From positions 1,922,001 through 1,986,000 of the forward strand of contig JBHGNT010000009.1 of NCBI GenBank assembly GCA_043228905.1: a stretch of 64,000 nt of DNA. Direction: 5' to 3'. This document shows, piece by piece, positions 32,359 to 44,906 of this stretch (positions within the stretch are counted from its first letter, which is position 1; each line of letters starts with the position of its first letter). The position numbers and the translations under genes were made by a program. The notes under the pieces were generated by a model, which worked only from the letters and a program-made list of their open reading frames with translations, was not told where the DNA came from and ran no database searches. This stretch comes from Azolla caroliniana (taxonomy: Eukaryota; Plantae; Polypodiophyta).

Positions 32359-35300
32359 GTGGAGCTGTCATTGCGGGAGGTGCTAGGGATCGCTAAGAAG
32401 GAGTTCCACGACTCCATTGTGGACTTGGTAAAGCGGAAAAGGCTGTCGACGGAGATGGAACCGGAGAGACCGGTGGAGGTGCGGACGACGCACATCGACG
32501 ACTTGGCGCTGGAAGATGAGTGGGCGGAGAGCCACTATTCGAGGCCACACTGGGCCCGAGCGACCACGGAGACCCCGGTAAAGATCGGAGATGTTCAGGA
32601 ACCGGTGGTGTGTAGACCGACAATCGTGGAGCCGATGGTGATATTCACAGTACCGCATGTGCCGTGGAATCTCAAGCCGATTCCAGTACCGAGAGCTCAC
32701 ATCCCGAATTTGATGGAGATATTGAGGCAGAAAGTTGATATGGGCATTCTCGAACTGTCAAGTGCCCCATACTCGAACCGATGGTTTACCGTACCAAAGA
32801 AAAACGGAACATTGCGCTTCATTCAAGACCTGCAGTCGGTCAACAGAGTGACCATTCGGAACGTAGGAATCGGACCGACCATAGACGAGTTCGCGGAGGC
32901 CTTCGCCGGAAGGTCGATTTATTCGGTCGGTGATCTGTACTCGGGGTACGACCAGTTCCAGCTAGCCGTGGAGAGCAGAGACATTACAACGATGCGAACT
33001 CCCCTCGGCCTAGTGCGAATGTGTACCTTGCCACAAGGAGGGACCAAATCGGTGGCCCACATGGTGAATACAATGAACAAGGTACTGAGGGATTGCATCG
33101 GGGACATCACCATGCCATTTCTAGACGACATCCCGATAAAAGGGTGCCCGGTGGAAGAGAAGGACGAGACACTTGGGCCGGACGGGTGCCGACGATTCGT
33201 GGCAAAACACATCAACGACTGCGAGAAGGTCCTACAAAGGTTAGAGGATGCGAGGCTCACCTTCTCCGGGGAGAAATCGGCCTTCGGGCAATCAGAAATC
33301 CTAGTGGTCGGACACCTATGTGGACCATATGGCCGAAAGCCGTCTCCGGCAAAGGTAGAAGCCATCTCCGCGATGAAGACCGACTGGAGCTCGGTTACGG
33401 AAGTTCGGAGGTTTGTGGGGGCGTGCGCATTCTACCACATATGGATCCCGCATTACGCCCATGTTGCGGACCCGTTATACGGGTTGCTGAAGAAAGGGCG
33501 AAAATTCGAGTGGCGAGACGAGCACACGGAGTCGGTCCGTAAGCTAAAGGAAGCTCTTGCGACAGCACTTGCGCTCCGGAAGGCTGTCTACGGGAAGGGT
33601 ACCCCGGTATACATAACTGTGGATACGAATCCGACCGGGATCGGATGGGTCGTCAACCAAGAAGACAAGGACAGCATTCGGTTCCCGATCCGATTCGCCA
33701 TGAAGGTCCTCAGTGAGCGACATCAAGCGTACGCCCAGGTTAAACGCGAACTCTGGGGTATCGTTTCGGCAGTAAAGGCCGACAAAGACTACCTGATCGG
33801 GACAGAAGTGATTATCGAGACGGATTGCCTGCCAATTCTCGGCATGAATTCCGGATGCGCGACACCGGACCTGGCGATGCTCAGGTGGATAGCGTACATC
33901 AAGTCCCTGGACCCAGAAATACGACACATTTCCGGAAAGGACAACGCCATGGCCGACATGCTTTCGAGAGCGAGGTTTGATGACGAGGGTGGCATGGTTT
34001 CGGAGGACGAAGAAGTCGGCGTGGACTTCTTCGAGGCAGCGTACGTGACGACCGATGGGACGAGCACTCAGGCACTTAACGGCTTCGACAAGAGCAAGTA
34101 CGACGGCGAGTGGCTACAGATCGGTGGTTTCTTAAGGACCATGACGCCGAATGCGTCATGGACAAGGGACTAGACCAACCGGATTCGGAAGAAAGCATAC
34201 CGATTCTTTCTCCGGGACGGATACTTATGGAAGCACCCGAAGAAGAGGAACGGCGTCCCGCTCCAGGTGGTGGCGATGAAGGAAGAACAGGAGGATCTGC
34301 TGACGGCCTACCACGACAACCCTTGGGCTGGACACCGTGGAACGTGGGCCACGTTCGAGAAGATAAAGGGGAAGTACTGGTGGTCGGGACTGTACCTGGC
34401 GTGCATCGGTTCGTGACAACTTGCGAGAGCTGTCAGATGCACTCCGTAGTCCGACATCGGGACGAGCTTCACCCTACGTACCCTCCGACCATGCACTTCA
34501 AATGGATGGTAGACTTGGTGACGATGCCGATGGAAGTAGGACAGATGCGGTATCTGATCCTGGCTCGGGAAGATCTAACGAACCAGGTAGAAGGCCAAGC
34601 CCTTCAGAACAAAACGACCGTGGTCGTATATCGGTTCCTGATTGAGGACGTGATATGCTAGTACGGGTGCGTCGGGAAGATCGTGGCTGATCGCGGGGAG
34701 TTGGACGCCGAAGAGGCCGAGGAGTTGTTCGACCGGCTAGGAGTCAAGCTCTCGCTTACCACTGCGTACAATCCGGAGGCGAATGGAAAGGTGGAGTGCG
34801 GTCACGGACCGATCGTCAAGGCGTTAGTTCGGGCATGCGGAGGTCAAGTCGGGAACTGGCCGCGGCTGCTGCCTTCCGTGTTGTGGGTTGACCGAACTAC
34901 GCACAATTCGGTAACTGGATTCATGCCGGCAGAGCTCATGTTTGGGCAGAAGCCGATCATGCCGATGGAACGTACGATCTTCTCATGGGCAACCGTGGAC
35001 TAGAGAGACGAGATGAGCCGGGAGAAACTATTGGCGGCGCGCATACGTCAGCTCGAGCGAAGGCCGGAGGACGTGGAGCAGGCTGCGGGAAAGCTTCGAG
35101 ATGCAAGGATGAGGAATAAAGCCCGGTTCGACCGAACGCACCGGCTCCGACCGGAGAAGATCGAGGAAGGCGACTGGATGCTAGTCTACGACAACAGCCT
35201 CGACAACCAGCACCAAGCGACACGGAAGTTCGCAAGAAGGTGGTTCGGGCCTTACGTGGTACAAAGCGCCAACGACAACGGGACGTACCATCTGGCGGAA

Positions 35301-35447
35301 CTCGACGGCACGAGAATGGCGATACCGGTAGCTGGGAAGCGGATCAAAGCGTTCAAGAAGCGTCACGACGACGAGCCGGATCCGGTTAACCTGGACTGCA
35401 ACGACGAACGATCTGAAACCGAGGAAGAACCGACGGGCGGGGAATGA
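32359..35447 (+). pseudogene. pol: pol of C2 (protease region deleted at ~32610)
   Basis: ORFs 32359-34173, 34683-35003 and 35013-35447 are homologous to C1. Confidence 0.88.
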
Positions 35448-36196
35448 AGGCTGGACGGGTTTTCTTCGTCCCAACTCAATTTGGCGCATCCCGGTGGATG
35501 CGCGGTTAGGTGGGGGCGGATGTCGTGAAGAAAACCGTCTCCTTTCTTTCTGTGCGTTTACGAACAGGCATCGGCATCTGTTCGCCGGCCTGTTCGGTTG
35601 TAACCGACTTCGTGCTTCTTGTTGTTTGTCCTTGTTAATATATATATACATACATTCGTGTCTCTCTGCGTCAGTGTCCCACTCGCGTCTTTGTGTCGAG
35701 GGCCGTGTCCCTGAGAATCTACGCTCGCACGTAGTGGGTCTCTTCCCTTCTCCTTTCTCTCTTGCTTTTCGATGCAAGACCCCCGAGGTCCCGCCTCATT
35801 TCACGCATCTGCGAGGAATACCTCGACAACGGACGGGGGATTCTTTGCTCCCGAGACGATGGCAGTCGAGCCCGAGTGCCCATGTGAGTCCCAAGCGGAG
35901 GATGGCGGTGTCGATAGACCAAGAATCACCGGCGAGACGATACGGGGAAGGAGCGGACGAAAGCTCACGGACTCGATTCCGGAGAACTCGGCATTCGGGC
36001 TCGTATGGCCATGTAAGACCGAGGAGATGGATGGCGGTATCGAGGAGTCCTGGCACGATGCCAGCGAAGTCGGATGGGAAACGGCCTACGAAGAGGCCGA
36101 GGACTCGGTACGTCGGTACCACGGGAGATGGTGCGGAACAAAACGCCCTCTCGGCATGCGGAAAAGGACGACCCGGGACAGGGTCGAGAATACAAA

Positions 36197-36660
36197 TCGG
36201 AGGCCCACGGAGGATCCTTCACACCGGTTCTAGAGACTTCGGCAGTCGGCAACGCGGTCGACGTAAGACCAAGATACTGACGGTGGCGGCGAGGTGACGA
36301 AGGCAAGGGCTACGGATCGGAGGCCCACGGAGGATCCTTCACACCGGTTCTAGAGACTTCGGTAGTCGGCAACGTGGTCGACGTAAGACCAAGATACTGA
36401 CGATGGTGGCGAGGTGACGAAGGCAAGGGCTACGGATCAGACGCCCACGGAGGATCCTTCACACCGGTTCTAGAGACTTCGGCAGTCGGCAACGCGGTCG
36501 ACGTAAGACCAAGATACTGACGGTGGCGGCGAGGTGACAAAGGCAATGGGCATAAGGAAGTCCGGTCCTACGGGATCCCCACACTTAACCGGAGACTCCG
36601 GCTGTTCGGCCAACGTGGCAACGTAAGACCGAGGGAGAAGGAAGGTGGCGGCGGGAAAGG
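36197..36660 (+). repeat. ~120-bp tandem repeat inside D (3 good copies plus degenerate ones)
   Basis: Unit ...GGCCCACGGAGGATCCTTCACACCGGTTCTAGAGACTTCGG...GTAAGACCAAGATACTGACG... at ~36197, 36317 and 36437. Confidence 0.88.
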
Positions 36661-38730
36661 GGACCCGACTACGCGGAAGACACGAGGAGAGTCCGGGAGC
36701 GACTCAAACAGAAGACACCCGAATTTCGGCAAGCATAGAAATGGAGTCCGGTCCTATGGGACCCTCACACCGATCCGGAGACCTCGGCTGATCGGCTAAC
36801 GTGGCAACGTAAGACCGATGGAGAAGGACGGTGGCGGCAGGGAACGGGACCCGACGACACGAGGTTTCGGAAGAAGCCGGTAGGGGCAAACATGGGGAGG
36901 TGTGTCAGGCCGGAAAGGCACACCTGGGACAGAACAAGGGTCTCGCAAGTGGCCATCGCGGGCCGGATCGAAGCATGACTACAGGACGGTGTTCGGCGCA
37001 GGCGGGGCCAAACGAAGGAAGCGGAAGACAGCACAAGGGAGGTGTCAGGAACGAGGTGACAAGTGCCTAGTGGACTACACAGGATCGGAGTCAGGGGATG
37101 GCAAGAGAGGCCGGAGGAGGATCCTCCACACTCGCTTCGTAGATCTCGGTAGCTCCGTCGAAGTAGCGAAGACTAACACGGCAAGCCGGGATGACAAGCT
37201 GGTGGGGGCGAGGGGCGACAGCAAACGGAAGACTCAGGACCTGTTGCAGCAGCACGAAGACGGAAAGGGCCATGCGGGCTACTAAGGGGTGTTCCTCGGA
37301 TGCAAAGGACGCCGGTATGCGGGTGGGCGGCGATGCACGATCTGGCCGGAAAGGGGGCCGACAAGGAGTGCAACACAGGCAGTGCCAAACAATGGACGAC
37401 GGTATGTGGCACACGAAGGTGCCGGAGCGGAAAGGCGAGCGCGGAGATAGGTTGCGCGGTTCGGAGGTAGTGCGGAGAAGGCCGGAAAGGGATCCTCCAC
37501 ACCGTTCCGGAGACCATGGCGGTTCAAGCCGACGCGGCGATGTAAGACCATGGAGAAGGAAGGTGGCGGCGAGAGGACGAGGGCAACGCGAAACGACAAG
37601 GGATGGCAATCAGGACGACGCGAATGATCAACAGAGGCCAAGCGGGCCACTACGGGCGTTCCTCAAGCGGAGGACATCGGGCATACGGCAGGAAGCGGGG
37701 CGTTCATACGGCCGAACAAGGGCCAACGGAAGTTCGCGTACTACGGAGATCGCGGCAGAGGACCCATCAACGGGTCGAACGAGCCTACGGGGAGGCAAGC
37801 GCGAAGGAAGACTCGAAGCCGACGGATCAAACCGGCAGCGAGCCGAGATGCGGATCACGGGACACCGGTTTCTCACCGGCCGAAATCTCTCACCCTTCAT
37901 CCAGTTTTGGCACGTACCGGTGGACGTGCAGTTAGGTGGGGGCGGATGTCGTGAAGAATTTCGGCCAGAGGCGGAAACCGGGAAACATTGACTACCTCAG
38001 CGGGGGTGCAGCGTGTGTACGCACCCATGTACATTTAGTGTGAATATCGAGGGCGCCTTTATGGTGCCGAAGAGTAGTCAAGTCGGGACAGACGATCCCA
38101 TGTAAGTCGGGATTTGTCCCACATTGTAACGCATCCCTTTCCTTGTTCTATAAAAGAAAGGGAACGCCTTTTGTGGAAGGGTTGCCCATTTTGCATTAGA
38201 GGGTATACCGTTAGGTTTAGAGTTAGTTTCTTCTTCTTCTTCTTCTTCTTCTTCTTCTTCTCCCCCTTCGTGTTCGTTTAGGGTTTGCTTCAACTCATCT
38301 CCTGTGCAAGACCCCGCTCGGTGCGACGAGCCCGTGAGCTCCCCGACCGGCGGCTTGGCAGCTGACGACTACTGTAACCTACCTTGGTTCGGCTCGACGC
38401 CGGGAATGTATTCTTCCTTTTATATATATATATATATATATACGTTGCGTCTGTCTGTGTATATTCGCGTCTATGTTGGTGTCGGGTGTTTCCCCTTTTC
38501 CTGCGTTTCCTGTACATAAGGGCGTGAGGCGGGTCAGCATGTGTGTGTGTGTGAGTGTGTGTGAGTGAGTCGGTGTTAAGCGCTCTCTCTCTCTCTCCCT
38601 TCGGTTGCTTCCGGCATGCTTCTGGGATGCCCCGGAAACGGTGAAGCACGGCTTCCTACGCTCCGTCACTCCCTAGTCCAAGACCCCCGTGGTCCCGCCT
38701 TTCTCCACGCACACGCGTAACAACGCGACA

Positions 38731-39540
38731 ATGGTTTAGCCGCGACTGCGCCGTAAGTGGGCTCTGGCCTAGAGCGTGGTATCTGTAATTGACGTTCCGA
38801 ACGCCATTCGAAAAGGCGGTTGTCACATCGGACCGCTCGACTGATTGCCTCCGTTAGAGACTTTGGTTCTTCGGGGAAAGTTAGAAGTAGATCTTTGTCA
38901 TCATTTCGCAGGCCATAGCGAAACTACTCCATTAGTGCTTGATCATCCCAGGGTATATCTGAAGCGAGTAGGCGGAAATCCGCAGCGTAGGCAGAGGCTG
39001 GATGGTCGCCTTGACGTAATCGCCAGATCTTGTTGATCGTCGTCTTGATGCTGTCGGTGTCTCCAAAGCAGGCTTTAAACTCACTAATAAAATCTTCAAA
39101 GTTATTAAGCAAGGGCGATTGTTTTCTAGAAGCGGAGCGAACCATGCTAAGGCTGAGCCGCTAAGCAACGTGCCTATTAAGCCGACTCGGGATGCATCAG
39201 TGGGATATCGGGAAGGATGCATTTGGAGGACTAATCGTACCTGATTAAGGAATCCCCTGAATTGCGATCGCGTTCCATCAAATTTCACAGGAAGTCCAAT
39301 CTTCGGCTCTTTATGAAATCCTTGGGGACTTGATCCTTGTTGTTGCAATGCCGCTTCGAGTTGTTGCACCCATAATGTTAACTCCCCATGTTGTTGTTGC
39401 GTTTGTTGTTTTTCTAGAGAGATTTGTTGCAGATCCCCTATCAGCCGTTGGTTTTCTTGTTCCAAGGCAACAAATTTTTCATTTAAGCACTGTAGCTTGG
39501 AGAAAACGGATTGATATTCTTGGGCGCTAACAGTAGCCAT
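38731..39540 (-). pseudogene. gag: gag of B (N-terminal part)
   Basis: ORF 38932-39540 (EPKIGLPVKFDG...WFAPLLE); continues at 18291 across the D insertion. Confidence 0.88.
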
Positions 39541-39612
39541 AGTATAGGGAAAAGGGTAGGAGGATGAGGGAGAACGGCAAGTAGGTTGGAGGACCGGAAA
39601 ATTGGTTCAAAC

Positions 39613-40028
39613 TGTCAGGAATAGTACTAAAGAAGAGCAGTACTATTAGTACTAAGAGGACGGGACTGCGTAAGACTCCCGAGAGAGAGAGAAAGAGAGA
39701 AGCGAAAAGAGAGATAGCGAGAATGAGAGAGAGAGAAGTATGATGACAACAACTCTTATATTATATGAAAGATAAGTACAAATCGGCTAAGAGGCTTAGG
39801 ACTGGTGTTGAACCAATTTGGTTCAACATAATGCCTAGTGCCTTCTTTTATAGTGTTGTCAGGAGTAATCCTGAAACTTCTAGAATGTTCCAGAGAAATC
39901 TGGAATATACATTACTTTCTTATAATAAAACATAAATGAAAATAATATCTTATGAATTACAATAGATGGTGTGATGGTTAAGAGCTTGACCCATATACCA
40001 TGGGTTCGAGTCTTGCCATATCATGACA
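39613..40028 (-). repeat. 5' LTR of B
   Basis: TGTCAGGAAT...TCATGACA; followed on the element strand by a self-complementary PBS. Confidence 0.93.
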
Positions 40029-40330
40029 ATGGGTGTGCATCTAGTGTTTCACATTTTCTTGCTCAAGAGGAGCTACTTGGATGAAAATCATGAGGAAATG
40101 GCGGTCCAAATGGGTCCCACTTAGGTGATTGACAAAGGTGGCGACTTCTTCTTGGAAGCCATCCTTCGTCATTGGGATCGACCAAACCAAAATGGGCCTC
40201 ATAGGCTCTATTATTGCCAATGGAAAGGCAAACCCATAGAAGAAAATTCGTGGCAACAAGGCGCAAACTTGTGGCAATTTGAAGATGTGGTTAATGCATA
40301 TAATTCCCTTCACCCCTTTAAAACGAAGAG
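40029..40330 (+). pseudogene. Integrase C-terminus/chromodomain of an older chromovirus (Galadriel-like) that hosted B; continues from ~6957-6991
   Basis: KLPEHMG|VHLVFH joins across the B TSD; YYCQWKGKPIEENSWQQGANLWQF chromodomain. Confidence 0.7.
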
Positions 40331-40332
40331 GG

Positions 40333-40615
40333 TGTCGAATATGGCCATTATACACTTGTATTCGACACTCACCCGTAATAGGCGTATACACAGCGGAGAG
40401 ACTTGTAATATAAAACAAGTGATACAAGATATACAACAGAGATAGCTTCGAACAAGCAACCTCGATAGCTGATACGACTTCTGCTCTCGAACCAGCTGAT
40501 TCGGCCTTTGTTTACTTCGGCCATTATCTCTTGTTTAATATTACAGGTCTCTCCTTAGTGTATACACCCATTATGGGGGAGTGTTGAATACGAGTATATA
40601 ATGGACGTATTCACA
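40333..40615. repeat. ~283-bp element with ~58-bp imperfect terminal inverted repeats
   Basis: 40333-40391 matches the reverse complement of 40558-40615. Confidence 0.6.
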
Positions 40616-41469
40616 TTGTCCCACTCAAATAGACTAGGTTTATGACAATTATGTAAATATGACGAAGGGCATTTGCCCTAGCCCAGTTGATATATAACTA
40701 GCCTTGTAACCAAGTTCATGTTGACATTGATAATGCTATTCTTGTACTACAACATTTTGAAATAAGACTGTTACATTGTGTGCCTCCTTGTCTCTCTCTC
40801 TCTCTCACATTATGTTCTTGATCTCATCGATCTTTGTTAAGTTGCCTTGCTAATTTCTATCACATCCAATGTGTTGAGTGGTTCCGTGATTGGAACCACA
40901 ACACACCACCTCGACGGTTTGAGGTGAGGGCCTTTCTCGATGAGTAGAGAAGGTGCCCATGACTCGGGGTGTGAGTCGTGGGCTTCTAATTCTAAGTGTT
41001 CTCGATGGATGGAGAAGACACCCATGACTCAAGGTGGGCTTGTGGCATGTGTACCATTGCCAAGGTGCACACGCGGAATGGAATCTCCCTAGTGAATTCA
41101 ATAACCAATGTACTCAAGTACCTATGTGGGGAATGGAATCTCCCTAGTGCATTCAATAATCTAATGCATATGTGAGGAATGAAATCTCCCTAGAGTGTAC
41201 TCAATACCATTATAATAAATATAAGGTACTCATGTACAATACGGGGGGGGGCACTTGCGAGAGAATGAAGGGGGATCGTTTATTTAAGTTAGATAGAGGA
41301 GTGGTTGGGTGGAGGCTTAGCGAATCCAAAATTCTCTCACTTAGTCATTGATCCACATAGTCGAGGAGCATTGACATGCGAGTCCGAATCCGATCGGCGA
41401 TCCACCCTTATCACAAATTTTTTAGTGGTGTTACACCCCCCCCCCCCTTTTTTTTTCTCTTTTTTGGCC

Positions 41470-42870
41470 TTTGAAGTCAATACCACAAGTGTCGATCGTT
41501 GACTCTTTGATGTTACACACAATGGTCGCATCATGACCAAACTTAACACGTGTTTGGTATAGTAAGTCAATTTATGTACAACCTCATGGACTACACTAGA
41601 ATGGGACTAGAATGCAATGAAGCATGTCTTTACATGTTTGATTAACACACGAAACTTAAGCATAAGATTTGTCCTAACAAATCCTCAAGTCAAAACAACT
41701 AGATTATTTGATTATAAAATTCCGAGAGCAATTGCGTTTGAGTTTCTCAATGAAGTTCTTGGGTCCAACGTGACATATTCGTGGCATGAAGATCACGTGG
41801 CTTAGAACCACTCGATACTTGTATTTGCCTCAGGTTGATTACATCCAATGAATTTTGGAGGGATGCCCAAATTTGCAACGACGCGACTCCCTCTACCTTA
41901 AGCTATCTCGAAAAGGTTGTGCACATTCTATTAAGAGTGGGATCATATGAAGTCAATACCACAAGTGCCGGTTGTTGGCTCTTTGATGTACACAATGGTC
42001 GCATCATGACCAAACTTATGTTGGGAAATAGGTCCCTCCGGATGGGAAGGGAGAAGAACAGTGCCGACGAACAAACTCGGCCGAGGCCTGTCGGCCTCGG
42101 CCGAAACGGTATGAACCGGATGGGGAGAACCCGACTTCGGAGAGTCAGATGGTGTAGGCCCGGTATGAACCGGATGAGTACCCGACTGCGGAGAGTCGGA
42201 TGGTGTAGGCCCAGTATGAACCGGATGAGGAGTACCCGACTGCGGAGAGTCGGATGGAGCCCATTGAGGCTACATTTGTAAATAGCCGAAAAGTCATATT
42301 AGTATAAATATGACTTAGGTCAAACTTTTAGTTAGTAGTTGTCATTCTTGTTATTATTCTTCCTTGTTGGTGCAAGAAGAAATCAGAGCGCGTAACTGTA
42401 CAGAGAGAGAGAGAGAGAGATGAGGTCGTAGCCTCTGTTGTAACCGCCGCCTGTGGCGAAGATCTGAGAACACGAGGTCGTTGCCTCAGTGATCTCACTG
42501 TTGTATATTTCTGCATAGTGACAGTTTGCAGCTTGTGGGCTGCCGTGGTTTTTCCCTATTTTGGGGTTTTCCACGTATACCTCCTGTGCACCATTTCTCC
42601 TCTTTTGTGTCGCGTTTCATTACCTGTTTTTCTGTGTATGAAAAGAATCTCGGTTGTGGCCGAGCGTCGGACATAAGGAACGTCGAGTTCTCAACAACTT
42701 AACATGTCATATGTTTGGTATAGTAAGTAGATTTATTCTCAACCTCGTTGACTACACTAGAATGTAGTGAATCATGTCTTCATATATTTGATTAACACAC
42801 CAGAATTACGCATAAGATCTAGCCTAACAAATCCTCAACTCAAAACAACCTGATTATTTGATTATAAAAA
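41470..42870. repeat. ~250-bp direct duplication; the second copy is split by a solo LTR
   Basis: GAAGTCAATACCACAAGTG...CAATGGTCGCATCATGACCAAACTTA...ATTATTTGATTATAAAA at ~41473 and ~41949. Confidence 0.75.
42019..42696 (+). mobile_element. Copia solo LTR (family G relative)
   Basis: TGTTGG...TCAACA; TSD ACTTA on both sides; homologous to 59995-60579. Confidence 0.9.
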
Positions 42871-44567
42871 TCTAGATTGTGCAGAATGCATAGATATTTG
42901 GAAACCTCCAACTATTTCTTCCAATTCGGAGACGGGGCAATCTCATGCAGATCAAAACTTCAAGAATGCACTCGAAAACCTCAATGATTGATGCAAAATA
43001 TGTAGTTGAATTTCATATATCTAAAGAAGTGTTATGGCTCAGTCAACTAGATGATAGGTTGTCGAGTAAACGTGCATGCATGTGCTACTTGAGCAAGCCA
43101 GAGGAAACCTAAAGAAGCATTATGGTGAACAATCAACCCGATGACATTGTCGGGTAAACGTTCATGAATGTGCTACTTGTGATGTTGTCAAAGAAGTACT
43201 TACAATGGCCTCTCCCAAGAACTTTCATACATTGCTTACCTTTCCGTTGGCTCATGGGCCTTTCATAGACTGCCTCTTTGAATTCCCTTTGTGGGTTCAA
43301 TGTGTTGAGAAGTCGTTATTCCCAACACAATGGGCATTCTGCTTGAATCAAACGGGCACTTGCACATAAACACATGTGTATGAGCTACTAGGGCAAGACC
43401 GCGGGAGACGTAGAACAAGGATGGTGTAATATCATGAGTGAAGTCTTAAGAACCCCCTTATGGATTGCCTCATCTAATTCCCCTTTTATTTGAATTAGTA
43501 GCTCAAGATCCAGGCTCCTTAGAATCAGATGCACCTTGGAATCAAAAGATCCCTAAAATTGAAGGCTCCTTGAAGTCGAAGGCTCTCAAGAATCAAAGGC
43601 TCTCAATGCAATGACGGGATTTGGCCTCTCCCTCTCCCTTTCTCTTTCACCCAGACAATGTTCAAGAGGTTAACACAAGGTTAAAAATCTTTGCTCAAGT
43701 TTAAGACAAAAATCATGATTAAGTCTAAAAAACACTCTTGTTTACAATGAAAAACCCCTACATATAAATTAGGGTTCACAATGTCATTATAAATAATCAC
43801 AATAGTGATTATGAGAAGGGTTTAAAATTACAACTATGAAGGTAGCTTGGTTGAGTGAAAGATGAGAACCTAAGCTTTGTGGTATCAACCAAGCCTCACC
43901 TGTGAGCAATGCCAATGCTTCCTCTTATTGATTTAGTGTCTTCCTACCACTTTGAGCTCTCTACCATGACTAGTAGCCAAACATCGTTGTCATGATGGAG
44001 TGGGCCCATATGTAGAAAGTGGATAAAAAGAGGTCCATCAACAATTATAAAAAGATATAAAAATAACATCACGCCACTCGCATTGACCAAAGGTCCACAT
44101 CAAACGAAGTCACCCCGGGTTACCAAGACCAAACATTGAAAAACAAGAGCAAAACCATCCATGGAAACCACAACCAAGGCGACACCCCTCGAAGAAATAG
44201 ACCTCCCGAAAGAGAACCGTTTGGTTGTCTCCCGTTGGCCGCACTGTACCTCCACTACATTGGGCGAAATATGCAACGAGCTCGCAAAATTCAAGGAAGT
44301 TAACCTTTGGGATAACAAAGACCCAAAGTAAGGTTTCACCGCTACCGACCCCCGCAATGCACAAGCAAAACTCTCATCTACAAGACACTTGACCATGAAC
44401 CATAACAAACAAGCATCTAACAAAAACGCAAGTGGGTCAACATTCAGGGGAGTCAAAGAATCGTGCTTGACAGGGTTACTTACTCGTTGATCTTAGGCCT
44501 TGTCGACCTTTGGGGCTCGTTGACGTTTGGATCTTGTCGAGATTTGGGGATCGTCGACCTCTCACGC

Positions 44568-44906
44568 TATCGTGAAGATTTTCGTCCATAGGCGGAAACC
44601 GGGGTGGAAAGGGCAAGTCAGTGTTGTGCAACATGTGCACACATGTACTAGGAAATGGTGTATAGAAATAAGAGGGGAAATTTTGTCCCACATTGTAAGG
44701 TCCCTCCCTCCTTGGGCTATAAAAGAAAGGGAGGGGTCACTTATGAAGGGTTGCCTATTTTGCATATGAAAGGTATACCACTTAGTGTAGAGTTCTTACC
44801 GTTTAAGGGTTAGGGTTTCATTTCCTTGTTCATCCTCGGTTAGGGTTTTGTCATAGTTTTGGTGCGGTCCATGCAGCCACCATCGTTATAATCAATCGTT
44901 CGTTTT
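44568..44906 (+). repeat. Diverged D-like LTR fragment cut by an A insertion
   Basis: TATCGTGAAGATTTTCGTCC...GCGGAAACCGGG...TTTGTCCCACATTGTAA...CTATAAAAG resembles the D LTR. Confidence 0.65.

Larger units (their letters stand above)
20177..35828 (+). mobile_element. Family C copy 2, internally deleted, hosting element E
   Basis: 5' LTR 20177-21066 has an internal duplication; 3' LTR 35521-35828 lacks most of U3; TSD ACGG; pol pieces at 32359-35447. Confidence 0.92.
18292..38730 (+). mobile_element. Non-autonomous gag-only LTR element family D
   Basis: LTRs at 18292-19074 and 37947-38730; TSD ACGG/ATGG; Trp PBS; gag remnant 19112-~19900 resembling C gag; no pol; PPT identical to C. Confidence 0.9.
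6992..40028 (-). mobile_element. Tcn1-like chromovirus family B, full span with nested insertions
   Basis: LTRs at 6992-7430 and 39613-40028; 5-bp TSD ATGGG (6987-6991 and 40029-40033); PPT at 7431-7442. gag lies at 38731-39540 plus 17941-18291, pol at 17153-17944 plus 7502-10163. Confidence 0.95.

Noticed and set aside
36197-36660. Regular repeats as a possible CRISPR array
   Set aside because: The whole ~120-bp unit repeats with no unique spacers, the context is a eukaryotic TE, and there are no cas genes.
35494-37991. Numerous 100-270 aa ORFs in the D interior and in LTRs, and antisense to GC-rich pol genes
   Set aside because: No recognisable motifs; expected by chance in GC-rich, repeat-rich DNA or as shadows of real ORFs.
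42900-44560. Short repeats and LTR-like motifs
   Set aside because: Probably decayed TE sequence, but no ends, TSD or protein motifs could be defined.
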